Shown: piece after piece, positions 10,922-22,891 of the stretch
Position numbering within the stretch: the stretch's first letter is position 1
Layout of the letters: each line of letters opens with the position of its first letter
Source of the DNA: Asterionella formosa
Taxonomy: Eukaryota
Length of the DNA: 64,000 bases
Reading direction: 5' to 3'
NCBI GenBank assembly: GCA_002256025.1
Contig: NKIB01012903.1
Span: 1-64,000, forward strand
Made by a program: the position numbers and the translations under genes
Notes under the pieces: model-generated
What the model saw: only the letters and a program-made list of their open reading frames with translations
Told to the model about the DNA's origin: nothing
Database searches by the model: none

Positions 10922-13404
10922 CTGATGTTACTTGCGTGGGTGAAATAAATATACTTTATGTGCTTTCCTTGTTATATTTTATATTTACTTTAACATGTGT
11001 GGGAAGGCCATTTCTCTGTCCCTCAGATGATTGGCTAGTTCGTTTCAATTAGGCCCACAGTAGTACAAATACTCAATGAGTCTGTTCTTGTTGACAATGA
11101 CTTTTTTTTTTATTTAACCAATAAATATGTTCGTTTTGCTGATGTCGACGAAGGAATCGACGTATCTCTTACATCGTTGCCTTCTAATATTGAGTTGAGC
11201 ATGTGTGGATTCAACAATACGCGGTATACAGGTCCACTTCGCACTCCGAGTAAGAAGTGATCAAAATGAAACACATCCAAGTCCTTCCTTGTGTATATCC
11301 AACACCTCTAACCACCGTTGGATCCAAACCGGTACTCACGTATGTCGACGAGGTACCATTACTCTATCAATATTTCCGAAGATGTCTCTAAAGATTTATT
11401 TCCGGTATCTGTAGTTTATAATTTCCTTGGAATTTTACCTGTCACCAGGTACCAGGTACCGAGTGCAAGAATATTAAATCTAACAACAAGTACCGGTACC
11501 AATTCCGGTAATAGAAAGTTTCGGATAGTCTTTATGACTATGATATATTTGTGAAACCGGGGGGGCATTGTCATGTGACATCAAGATTCAAATTAAAAAG
11601 GTGATTCAAATTTTCGGAGATTCTTCATGACCATGATTTACAAAGACGACGAGGGGGCATTGTCCTGTGACATCATCATTTTTTTATGCAGCACAACTTC
11701 AACTAACGTCTGGGGGCTGGATGCAAATTCCAGAAATCGTGTAGCCTTGTATAGACCTGATATGCTATCAAGTAACTGGAACTTAAATATTATATAATTC
11801 GCGCGTAATAGTGTTGATCACCGTGGTGCTCACAGTCGTTGCTTTTTCTTGTTATTACGCTCTGCCCCTTCAAGGCCTGGCTAAAATATTGCAATTGTCC
11901 TGATGAGTAGAACTTAACTGAGAAAGGGCTGCTGCACATTAAGGCATTAGTTTTGACATAGTTCACATTTGAAAGTGCAAATACCTGCTTTCTCACCTAC
12001 AAGCAAATATTGCCAATAGAATGAGTAAATGCTCAGATAATAAATAACTTGTTTCAAATCTTTTGTTTGATTTCATCATGTTATTGTTTAAAAGTGCTTA
12101 GTAATCATATTACTTGTTGTGCAGCTTTTGTGAAGGTGTCTGAAAATGACATGAACAAATGTGCCTTTGATGAATTCAATTTTCATTGTCAATATTGGTG
12201 TTAAAAATTCTATGTTTCATGGAGATATTTGCTATTTTCGTCAGTGTCAAGGCTGAGACGAATTAATTAAGGATACTCAAGCCAAAACTCACAGCAACTT
12301 CTAGTACAATCGAGCAAAACCTAAACTGCTGCACCCAACTCTGCAGGTTGCAGTGGGCCTTTTGAAATGTTGGTGGTTGATCTTGCATGCCATTGATACC
12401 CACAGTTGTCTTTTTTGAAACTCTTTGTACGGTTGCACTTGCACTGTGACGCGACGAATTACTGCCATTGTTCCTTGATGAAAGCTGAGAGACACCAATC
12501 AGAGAGACACCAGAGGAGGGATCAGCCCTGCTGTCATCATCACTGGCGCCTTTATCGGCATCATCTTTTTTCTCTTCCTCATATTGGGATTGCAACTCTT
12601 GTTCCTGCTCGAGACGGCGACATTCTCGCAGCCTTGGGGAGGAAGGGACACCCTCTCTGGCTGGTCTCCTTTCCATAATGACCTACATCGGCTATTACTC
12701 TCAACTTTAATGAGCATGCATTTCAGGCTAAAAATATTTCTTTCTACAGACGTTGAGTATTCAACCAGTATCTACAAATGGCAATGCGGGTTACTTAAGG
12801 TACTACTACCACATAAAAATCTAAGCCACCGCTCCCGACATGACGACTTTTGAACTTTAAAGCCACCGCTAAATGGAGTAAACGCACGATTTAAACTTAG
12901 TTTGCAAGATACACTTATTATTGTAAAGAAAGCCTTGTTGCTCAGATATATTTATAGAGAGGAAATACTTACGTACTTGTATTGTTGCATTGTGTAAGTT
13001 GTAAAATAATCATTATGGCCCAAAGGTTTCTGTCAACGCGAAATTGCGGAAAATGAATATTTTCATGTTTTCCGTACTCTATTGAGCTGGCATCGCCTTT
13101 TATATATGTGTATATGTACAATAATAATAATATTCTTTCCATAGAATTAATTTAGTATAGTAAATAATGAGTGTACGACATCATTGTGCTTTCGAATACA
13201 CTAGTATGCACCAGAAGAATTTGGTGTTGATGCAAGCGCAAGATGTATATGTACGGTATCGCGCATAACAGGTAAAGTAATACGAAAAGAATTTCTGTAG
13301 TATAAACGGAGTAAAAATAATCACGGTTTGGGGGAAAATATATTTATGTACGGGTAGAAAAATATGCACTGGAAGCCACAGCTATGCAACAATCTTAATG
13401 ACTA

Positions 13405-13580
13405 TGAAAAAATTAGATCTTCATGGCTTTGTACACAGAATCAAAACTGATTACTCATTCGTTGACTAGAGTGCATCGTCTAACATACACTTTGTACTTG
13501 CATTAGATTTCGTTTGATATATTTTTTAAATTACATAAATATTTTCAGTCGGAAGATGGAGAAAAATATGGGGGGCTTAT
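13405..13580. repeat. Dispersed repeat, copy A (copy B at 62081-62255)
   Basis: tgaaaaaattagatcttcatg...attcgttgactagagtgcatcgtctaac...gtacttgcat...aaatattttcagtcggaaga matches 62081-62255 in direct orientation. Confidence 0.75.
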
Positions 13581-14584
13581 AAGATTTAATTTTTTTTATC
13601 CTCTTCACACTCAAAATCAACTTTATTTCTGGCCAAAGTGATGAAGAGAACCTATCTTTACTTAAGGTTTCAAAGATATTGGTTTTTTAAATTCGGAACT
13701 GTCAGCATCTTTAAAACTATCCAATATGATCGCTCTATTATACTGAATGTCAACTATTTGAGATAGTATATGCATCAGTAAAATATATTGAATTTCATCT
13801 TCAACCTTCCATCATTCCGACTTCACAATATATTGTGTTACCATAAATTCTGATGAGGGATTATTTGAGACAGAACTTTAAAAGAACCCCAATATGGGCT
13901 CTCCCACCATTTTCCCCTTTTGACATTTTCGCATTTGGAAGAATAAAGCTTGCATAAACTTTCATTGTCATATAAATGATTTCAAACTGTGAATTGATGA
14001 CAGTCTCTATCTTGTATGATGTGCAGTTGAAAAGTTAAATAACAGCGACAGACAGCCCACCTTAGTGTACAACCCTGGCCCTTTTGGGGTCGTTGCTTGA
14101 AGTTTCCATGATGACAATTTTTTAGTGGTAAATTGAAATACAATGGTCTGACTTTGACATATTTTTCATCACGAGGGGATGCATGGCACAACATTGCATT
14201 TGGTCTGGCTATCAGAGGTAGAAATGTTTAGAGAGGTACAGAATCAATTGCAATCCTGACTATTTGGCTAACGGTGGCAATATGCATGTGATTGGGAAGT
14301 CACCAAACTATTCTAATGTTGATTTGACAAAATCGAAGGACATTTCTCATCGCTGTGAAATTTTGAAGGGGTATCCTCATAGGCTAGGTTCACCAAGTAA
14401 CAAGAATCCATTGAAGAAGCCAGCTCAAAAAAAAGAAATTTGAAATCGCGCTTTAGTTGTCAGTTTGAGCACTATTCTCACAAGAAATCTGAAAAATGTG
14501 TCTGAAGTTTGTGAAATTGGATGTTTGTTATAATTAATCCTCCATCATTGGTATTTCTAGCCTTTCTTACAATTGTTTACAATT

Positions 14585-15799
14585 CTAATTCAAGCTGCTG
14601 CAGTGCAATTCTTGAAATCTTTGTTGTGCTTCATCTAACTGCTCTATAAACCATTGTTCATTGAGAATGGGTTCAATCGTTGGAACACGAATCAAGTGCA
14701 ACCCTTGCATCTTCAAAATCTCCTTACTAGAACTCGAGTAGTATTTCCCATCCTCTGATGACTGTGCATGAACACTGGCAATACCATCATGCTCCAAATT
14801 ATGGATATTGTCGTCTAGTAAGACGTGATGTATGGAGTTGTCACATGGCACCCATACTGGTTTGCCTGCCCAAGGTTCGCAGTGATTCTCTGCCCAAAAT
14901 TCGTAGTCATCTTGTATGCCACAACATGCTTTTGTTGCCATCCATTCCATAATGGCATGACCTCCACTGGCAACGAGAGTACTAGCAGCTGTATCATTCA
15001 TGGTCCATAATTCATAAATCCCCGTCTCTCTGTTCCATCGGCCACGCACAAGATTGGATTGTTCCAAAACCAAGTCCGCGCATTTGAAATCCGAATGCAT
15101 GGGATGTTTCCCTTTTGCAAAACATGTAATGGCTTGTGCGATCAATGGCAAGTCAGTTCCAAAGGTACGAAACACAATTCGTGTTGTTTGAGGTCGTTCC
15201 ATAAGTGTCCGGAGCGTGGTAAAGACAGAGGGAAGGATGTGCGACAAAATCTCAGGGACGTCTTCGCCAACGGCAACATCATTCGGAAGAGTCACCATGG
15301 TTTGAAGGTGGTCATACAGAGTTTTGTATATCTTTCCGTGACCTGTTGTAACAAACGTACTGCACCGTCGTTTGAACACTGACCGATAGTAGGGAATGCA
15401 ATTTGGGGGCCATTCCCACCCAGTGTATAGAGGTGGTGGCGGTGTGTCTATTGATGTCGGCATTTCTAAAAGCGGTGTGCCATCCCACCAATGCGTTGGT
15501 TCCAAGTTATGGCCTTGGCCGTTGGGGGCTCTGACAAAGGCGGATTTGGCAAGGACTTTATTGAGACAATCATCACGTGTATCACCACCAGCATCGTCTC
15601 CTACCAGGATCGTTTCATTGATATCGAAATGAACAACCAGTTGTGTTTTGTAGGTCGCTTTCCGATTGTGCGACGGCTCATCATTCTCTCTGTGGAGGGA
15701 TCGAACAATGGAAACACCATGGACCTGTATCGGCGTGTTTGAATTGCCTGGCGACTGAACCAATAGCAAAGATGCAATGGCTCCCGAAGGTGCAATCAT
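14585..15799 (-). CDS. Conserved hypothetical protein with HAD-hydrolase-like motifs (404 aa)
   Basis: Long ORF with LVVHFDINETIL (motif I-like), IVFRTFGTDL (motif II-like) and LLDDNIH (motif IV-like). Confidence 0.8.
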   Translation of the reverse strand: MIAPSGAIASLLLVQSPGNSNTPIQVHGVSIVRSLHRENDEPSHNRKATYKTQLVVHFDINETILVGDDAGGDTRDDCLNKVLAKSAFVRAPNGQGHNLEPTHWWDGTPLLEMPTSIDTPPPPLYTGWEWPPNCIPYYRSVFKRRCSTFVTTGHGKIYKTLYDHLQTMVTLPNDVAVGEDVPEILSHILPSVFTTLRTLMERPQTTRIVFRTFGTDLPLIAQAITCFAKGKHPMHSDFKCADLVLEQSNLVRGRWNRETGIYELWTMNDTAASTLVASGGHAIMEWMATKACCGIQDDYEFWAENHCEPWAGKPVWVPCDNSIHHVLLDDNIHNLEHDGIASVHAQSSEDGKYYSSSSKEILKMQGLHLIRVPTIEPILNEQWFIEQLDEAQQRFQELHCSSLN

Positions 15800-16109
15800 C
15801 CTACGACAGGGACGTTCGTTCTTCGTCCTTTCTTGAGATGTTTTATAGAGAGTAAAAGGAAAGTTTCAACTTTTTTCTAGGGTTGGTACGGTACGAGCAA
15901 TATCAATGATTACCGGGTACATACGATTTGTCCGTCTACATAATAGTGGGCGCGCGCTCTGAGGATCTAAAACAATTGTTATATGATCATTAGACTGCAC
16001 AGGAGACGAAAAGTACCCAATTTGGAGGCATTTAGTACCGAATTTGGACTCCATTTTGGGATTTCGAGTTTTTATCGGTTTTTCTCTATGTCCAAAATCC
16101 GAATTTTGG

Positions 16110-16625
16110 TGTCCAAATTGGTAGCATTTCATTTTTACTACCAAATTGGTATCTATTGTTGGCATTAGGGTTAGGGTTGAAAACGATGCTACCAATTTGG
16201 ATCAAAATTGGTAGCAATTTTATTTTTACTACCAATCGGGTTTCAAAATTGGTATCAGTTGTTGGCGTTAGGGTCAGGTTTTGAATGTGGCTTGCTACCA
16301 ATTTGGATCCAAATTGGTAGTAATTTTATTTATACTACTACCAATTTGGTTTCCATATTGGTATCTATTGTTGGCATTAGGTTTTAGGGTTTGAAACATT
16401 GATAAGTTTACTTTTACTACTGATCGGGTTTCCAAATTGGTCTCTATTGTTGACATTAGGGATAGGATTTGAAATGTTGCTATCAATTTGGATCCAAATT
16501 GGCATCAATTTTATTTTTACTACTAATTGGGTTTCAAAATTGGTATCAATTGTTGGTGTTAAGGTTAGGTTTTGAATGTTGCTTGCTACCAATTTGGATT
16601 CTTGATTTCCAAATTGGTATCATTG
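16110..16625. repeat. Tandem array (units about 80-106 bp) with a 26-bp palindrome and TTAGGG-like motifs
   Basis: Perfect ctaccaatttggatccaaattggtag at 16295-16320, with variants at 16188, 16479 and 16585. Each unit ends in gttggcattagggttagggttg-like sequence. Confidence 0.9.
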
Positions 16626-16771
16626 ATATAAGTTACAAGATATATAATATGAAAGCTATGATATCGAAATCCAAATTGGTATCAGTAATACATATAGCCA
16701 GTATTATTTTAAAGGTAGTACTTTTTCTGAAATTGGAGAGGTCGAAATATAATTGGGGATGAAAATCAGAA

Positions 16772-19597
16772 TTGCAACCACCAAAAACAATCACATCAAC
16801 AATCGAACCAGAATCTCAACTAAACAGGAATCATCTAATCAACCATGATTCATTGCTGAAGTTGCTGCAGGAAGATATCTGTTGCAAAAGTTGTGTTAAT
16901 GCATTTGTAAATGAATATTGCAAACAATCACTTTGTGACTTTGTAATTTACTTTACATCAAATAGAAAACAAAAGCTGTCCATCGAACAGCAATTTAAAG
17001 CATTTCTAGACCAGGGAAGTATGCTTGACCAATCAATTGCATGCATGAACAAACCATTGATTGTTGTGTCTTCGGAAAATTTCGGCTTGGCAAGCGAATT
17101 CGAAGTCTCCTGTTTCACCTGTCAGGAAATTATTTCTAAACTCGAATCTGCAAGAAGCAACAACATTGATGACAATGGCGAGATAAAAAAACAAGGAATT
17201 AGAAGCAAAACACTTTTCTATCAACAAAGAGTTTATTTTGGGTTTTCATGAAGCCGGAATGGGACCAGCTGATGCAGATATCATTTGCTCTGCAATGAAC
17301 TTACCACTTACATTTGGATTTGGTCTACGCAAGGTAACTTTGGTGTTGTAGAGGAAATGGTAGGAACAGCCGAAATGGCTACAACAGCTCTTGCAGTGAA
17401 AGACGCGTGTCACGAAGAAATATATCAGACGCTCAATGTGCATGAACGAGGAGATTGGGCTGACAAAGGACGTGACTTTCAGTGGTGGAACAGTCTTACT
17501 ACTGCTACGGACCGCTTGTCTGTACTCAATATGCCGCGACTCACCGTTAGTTACGATATGGGCTGGCAGCAGCAATAAAGTGGGAATAAGTACAATTCTG
17601 TAATTGGACATGCTTTTTGTATTGGTGGCTACACGAAAAAGATACTAGACTATCGTGTGAAATCTAAAGTCTGTAAATGTGTAATGTGTGCGACAAGGCT
17701 ATACGGTACAAGAAAGTTGCTCCAAGAATCACCTAACTGGTGGTTCAAAGGCAATGGAACCAGACGCTGGTGTGTAAATGATGATTGATGCAGTTGCTAA
17801 GCACAATGTCATCTACTCAACAATCATCTGTGATGATGATTCTACTATTAGAGCTGTTTCCAAACGGTTCTATCAGGAGTTATTGAAACTACAGGCATCC
17901 TTCCACTGGCCAAGGACATTAAAAGGATTAAAAAAATCCGACAAAGGCTGATGCCTTCCGCTGAATATACCCAAACCTAAATATTTTTCTGACCCATCCT
18001 CCCACAGAATATGGGTCATACTCCGCTCTGCATTTCTGAAAGCCAATGACCCAGTCTCCCTAGAACTTCCTTCAAAAGCAGATTGCCTTCGACTAAAAAA
18101 TTATTATGTGGCCTGTATCAAGAAAAATCGCAACCTTGCTCTGACCGAATTCACTGAATCCTCCAAGGCACCAATCAACCACTTGTTTGGCTGCAATGAT
18201 TACTTGGTGCCCTGTAAAAGCAGGAAAAAATGTTAGCAACGGAAAATATCATGACAATGAAAAAGAAACGAAATTATATCAATGGTTGATGTTGCATGTT
18301 GCAACGAAAGTCGAAGGCGAAAAGCTGCTATCATTGCATCATCCCTTTGACAATCAGATTAATGAGCGATGCCATGAACAATGCAGTGTAATGACGATGT
18401 CCAAAAAACAAGGTGTTTGCTGGATCCGGTGGCCTGCAATAAGGTTCCTTTGGTTGCTGGGCAGCACACACAAGGAGCTACACAATACACAAAGGATGTA
18501 TACAAGCAATGTGGAAAATTGATGTCACAACTGCAAGAATCATTCTGGAGACAAAAGGAAAAGCAACGGAACGACGATGCAGCCTACAAAGCCCAATTTA
18601 AATCGAAAAGGAAATGAAACGAAAAATACATACCACATGATTTGCAACAGTCCAACAAGAAAGAAGGCAAGACAACAAATCAGGTAAGACTTACAAATCT
18701 GGTGTGGCACTAACAGAAAGTCATGAGACAGCAAGAAAGTCAAAATGATAATTCGTCAATATAAACATTGTGGCCAAAATGATCATCGAAGGGAAAGCTT
18801 CGCACTGTGTCCATTCTTTGAAGGCAGACTGTATTCTAGAACTGGTACACGTACGATCAGTGATGATCAGCTACCGGTAGTGGATGAAGAACCTGCAAAC
18901 ACGCCACAAAATGTTATATGTGCATCCAGTGGTGTGGCCAGCGCTGGTTTGCACGACCGCGCAAACCGGGCCAATCAAATGGAGGCAAGTAATTCATGTA
19001 ACCCAATCATATTATATATGTGAAAGCGGGCACTTACAATGGAATCTTTTGTACGGGAGATTTTACTACTAAATATTTTAGCACAAGACTACCATTCCGA
19101 TGATGATGTTTCGGCAATTATTGATTCTGATGCCGACATTTTGGATACCATTGGAAATGCCGAATTTTTGGAGGACGATAGCTCAACGTTGTTGGCAGGG
19201 TTTGAAGAAGAGTTAAGCACATAGGTAATCTTCATATAGCCCCAGCAGTTAACTTTCGGCGAGAAACTGCAGAAAGGAACTTCGGATATTTTACTAGGCC
19301 AAATAAACAAGTTGGCCCGGTAAAATCCACTATTTTAAGCATACTGTAGTTGAAAAACCGAAGTTCCTTTCTGCAGTTTCTGGCCAGATCCTATATACTG
19401 ACGTTATATAGAGTTGACCTTTACCCCTACTTCGATCAATGACTGTATCTAAGCATATGGAAAGGGTTTCCAATGGTGAAAGCTCCGAGTAGCGATATAA
19501 ATATTTATTTTAGATGTGAAAAGTATGTGTTTGATTAGTCTGATTCAATATTAGTTTTTCAACCCTACCCCTAACCCAGGGCTGACATGCAGGAACC
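16772..19597 (+). mobile_element. Decayed DDE DNA transposon (Mutator-like PF20700-type transposase; TTAA-flanked end suggests Kolobok), left end missing
   Basis: Fragmented frames: LTVSYDMGWQQ..GNKYNSVIGHAFCIGGYTKKILDYRVKSKVC, KAMEPDA, TIICDDDSTIRAV, CLRLKNYY..APINHLFG and a C-terminal HCGQNDHRR..CP knuckle, with many stops and frameshifts. The right end reads gctgacatgcaggaacc|TTAA (19597|19598). Confidence 0.85.
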
Positions 19598-19945
19598 TTA
19601 ATATAGCGGTAATAGATGGCGATTCCTTGGTGGCTGTATCATATCCGCTACAATAGTAATGGTGCCTTAAACAAAGCTGCAAGTAGTAGATCTAGTAAGT
19701 GATTCTATGTTAGCATGTTTTCTTGGTGCTGAACAAACTTAATGCTGAATGATAATGTTGTGGAGCCTTTGTGGGTCTTTCAGCAGAGCAGTTTTGTTCC
19801 TGCTGTTAAGAGTACATAAAAATCAGTGAAACCAGTAGTAGCAGCAGCAGTCCTATTAGAACCCATCCTGAATAGGTACATATTTCATTTTTAGTATGGA
19901 TAGGGACAGAGTATTGCCCCACCTCAATCTTTATTTTAAAATTTT

Positions 19946-21727
19946 CTATTTTGCCTTTCGAATCGTGAATTCTTCAAGATTGTCAATATCGATCCACCTT
20001 TTCGTCAAGGGCACTGCCGAGGTGCCAGTGAAGAGTGACCGACATTCTGATGCATTGTTGACATCTCGAAAAGTTCTCCATTCGATTTCCTCTTTGTTCT
20101 TCTTGTCTAGCATTACTCGATGTTCATAACATAAAATATCCATCTGACAGATTTGCATGCCAGTGTCGTTCAACCCATCAATGGTGCCAATGTCAAGTGG
20201 ATAGTTACCATCTCGCATGATCTGAGCACATATACAAACATCATAGATCTCCACATCCTTTTCATATTCATCCCAGAGTTGATCCTGTTGTTCTTCAGGT
20301 TGGTCTTCCCATGTCGACATGACATGTTTGTAAAAGTTGGAGTCCATCTCGAAGCGAATCATGGGATATGTCGCCATTTCTTTTAAAGCTTGCTCCTTGT
20401 TCAGTCGCCGCTGCTCTTCGGGAGGTGGGAATGAATATTGCTCAATGCAAATTTTGGCAAAGAACCAAGCAATCGCATCCGCTGTACGAATAGGATGCTC
20501 AAATTCTTCTCCAGCCAAAAACATCATGTTAGGATTGTCAATCATGGTCCATTTGTAGAGATCAGGATAGAAAACATGACTTTTCGACCAGAGGCAAGTG
20601 CCAGGTTCGATGTCACGTAGATGTTTTGGTAAGGCAGCCTCGTTCATTTTCCAATCGTTAGGAACTTCTAAAGTTTTACTTTTCACTTCAAATGGCTTTC
20701 GCAACTCCTCGCTTAACATTCCCATATTTCTCTCAAAACCAGTACAAAAAATGACTGTATCTATGTTGCGAACCTTAATTTCAATCTCGTCATAGGCAAC
20801 GAAAATACCCCCGTGCTTTTCTTCGACTTGTGCAAATAAAATACACTTGCCGTTGTCGATAACCTTGACTGGTTGCATCTCAACCAACAGCTTGACCTTA
20901 TTTCCAGGCCATGCATCAGTCCATGAGACGACATTATCTGACTGCCTTGTGCTAATGTATATCTTTTCTGCGCCCACTTTGATTGCAGTCAAGGCCAAAT
21001 CTTCGGCAGAATATGACCCACCAATCAGTAGAACGCGTTTTCCCTTGACATCGTCAACAAAGTTCTGAGTGTCAGTTGAGTGAATGATGCGACCTGTAAA
21101 CCCTCCCTTACGAAACATAGATACCATAGCTTGAGGAATTACTGGTTTGCCATTACTTCCTGCCCCCCAAATGCACTTGTCGTAGGTATCTGACAGAACT
21201 TTGCCGGTGATTGCGTTTTTCGAAATAACCTGGAATTTGTTTATCTCTGCATTCCATACAACCGATTGAATCTCCGTGTTGAATACAGCATACCTTTCCC
21301 AAAAGTCCGGGCACTTTCTTGTGACACGAGCTAACATGTACTCCAACAGGGCCGCTCGTGGCATGTAAACTGGCAGAGCTGCAGCTGGACCAAAGTGTTC
21401 TTCGTAGGTATAATCGAAGAATTCAACCAATTCTTTCGGTGAATTGGTCCACAACCCTTCGTACATGGTATGTGTCTTATCACCCGACTGATTATTAATA
21501 TTAGTATTTGTAATGGTCTGATGGTCACCATCATTCGTTGTTCGTGTTGATCTCCACACCCCGCCAGGACCTGATGCTCGTTCCATACAAGTTACTTTCG
21601 GAAGTAATACCGACGAGAAATCGTCTTCTCCCTCAGGTGATGATGCTGTCCTTTCTTGTCGCTTTGTTTCAATAGCATGACAGAAGGACATGCCAGCAGG
21701 ACCACATCCGATAACAAGAATCTTCAT
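19946..21727 (-). CDS. Flavin-containing monooxygenase (bacterial Tmm-like FMO group)
   Basis: FAD motif VIGCGPAG, GGVW, MYEGLWTNSPKE..DYTYEEHFG, FMO motif FTGRIIHS, NADPH motif IGGSYSAED and IFCTGF. ATG at 21727. Confidence 0.92.
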   Translation of the reverse strand: MKILVIGCGPAGMSFCHAIETKRQERTASSPEGEDDFSSVLLPKVTCMERASGPGGVWRSTRTTNDGDHQTITNTNINNQSGDKTHTMYEGLWTNSPKELVEFFDYTYEEHFGPAAALPVYMPRAALLEYMLARVTRKCPDFWERYAVFNTEIQSVVWNAEINKFQVISKNAITGKVLSDTYDKCIWGAGSNGKPVIPQAMVSMFRKGGFTGRIIHSTDTQNFVDDVKGKRVLLIGGSYSAEDLALTAIKVGAEKIYISTRQSDNVVSWTDAWPGNKVKLLVEMQPVKVIDNGKCILFAQVEEKHGGIFVAYDEIEIKVRNIDTVIFCTGFERNMGMLSEELRKPFEVKSKTLEVPNDWKMNEAALPKHLRDIEPGTCLWSKSHVFYPDLYKWTMIDNPNMMFLAGEEFEHPIRTADAIAWFFAKICIEQYSFPPPEEQRRLNKEQALKEMATYPMIRFEMDSNFYKHVMSTWEDQPEEQQDQLWDEYEKDVEIYDVCICAQIMRDGNYPLDIGTIDGLNDTGMQICQMDILCYEHRVMLDKKNKEEIEWRTFRDVNNASECRSLFTGTSAVPLTKRWIDIDNLEEFTIRKAK

Positions 21728-22283
21728 TTTTGTTTTATTCACTTGATGACTGTATAAGTTGTGTTTTATGAAGATATTTTGGGTGTGGCCAGGTCGTGTC
21801 GCTTACATTCCCTTACTGGTATTGACTCGTCCTCTTCTGGTAGCACTAACGGGCATTTGCAACAATTTTTAAGGAGAGCTAAAAATAGCGATACTATACA
21901 TATTTATCCTACATAAGCCAGCGCAGTGGCCAGCACCGGCGTGTGTCATATCATCTACCGGTATTTTCACCAAAGCTATATAAGCTAAATAGATAATGAC
22001 CATGCGCTTCTTCGAGACAAATATAACACATCAAGCAGTTAAAATGTCCATACCGGTATACTAGGTACAGAAATGTGTATTAGAAGTGAATACGGTATAC
22101 TTATTGGAGATTATTGTTAATCTTTTTCTATAGTAAACTGATAAATAATTTTATTTTCCATAATCTGCACTTTTTTAACAATGCAACTTGCAACTTTCTG
22201 CTGTATTTTACACCCTCTACACTAGCACTGGCCCCACGGCCCTCCCTACGTGCTGCTGCTGAATTTACCGCCCCCACCATGGT

Positions 22284-22891
22284 TGTCAGAGTGTGTCTGT
22301 TAGGCTGTTGATGTCGACAGGTGTCCGGAGACTAGGTAGTCTGAGGAATGTCTAAAACGGAAATAGACAGGATTTAGCTATATAGCAGAATAATCTGCAG
22401 ACGAGAGGTGCGAGAAAGATCTTGACTGGTCATTCCAGGGCAGTACTGGAGCGCGCTAGAGTACCGGTATATATTTTAACATGGTAACGGGTAGTACAAG
22501 TGGTACGAGGATATACGTGAAAACCAGAGGTCGACAGTTCGAGTCTTCAGGAAGAACAGAAAGAAAAAAGAAGAGAAAAAGACAAAAGAGATGAAGAAAA
22601 AAAGTGGGCACTATGAAAAATTCCTGTAGGAAAGGGTGTGTCGAGCATACACATTAGGATGATGTGCTATGTCGAGCATCAACAGGGGAGGGTGTCAGAG
22701 TGTGTCTGTTAGGCTGTTTATGTCGACAGGTGTCCGAAGATTAGGTAGTCTGAGGAATGTCTAAAACGGAAATAGACAGGATTTAGCTATATAGCAGAAT
22801 AATCTGCAGACGAGAGGTGCGAGAAAGATCTTGACCGGTCATTCCAGGGCAGTACTGAAGCGTGCTAGAGTAGGCGCCATATATTTTAACA
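22284..22891 (+). mobile_element. TRIM-like non-autonomous LTR retroelement
   Basis: Two near-identical LTRs (22284-22481 and 22693-22891), both TGTC...AACA. TGG immediately follows the 5' LTR, the purine tract ACAGGGGAGGG precedes the 3' LTR, and CATGGT is duplicated on both flanks. Confidence 0.9.

Noticed and set aside
12263..12717. 137-aa minus-strand ORF, with TTAAGG-type sequence at 12795
   Set aside because: Low complexity with no motif, and no matching second terminus could be established.
16110..16625. CRISPR-like appearance of the spaced palindromes
   Set aside because: The sequences between palindromes are homologous to each other rather than unique spacers, there are no cas genes, and the context is eukaryotic.
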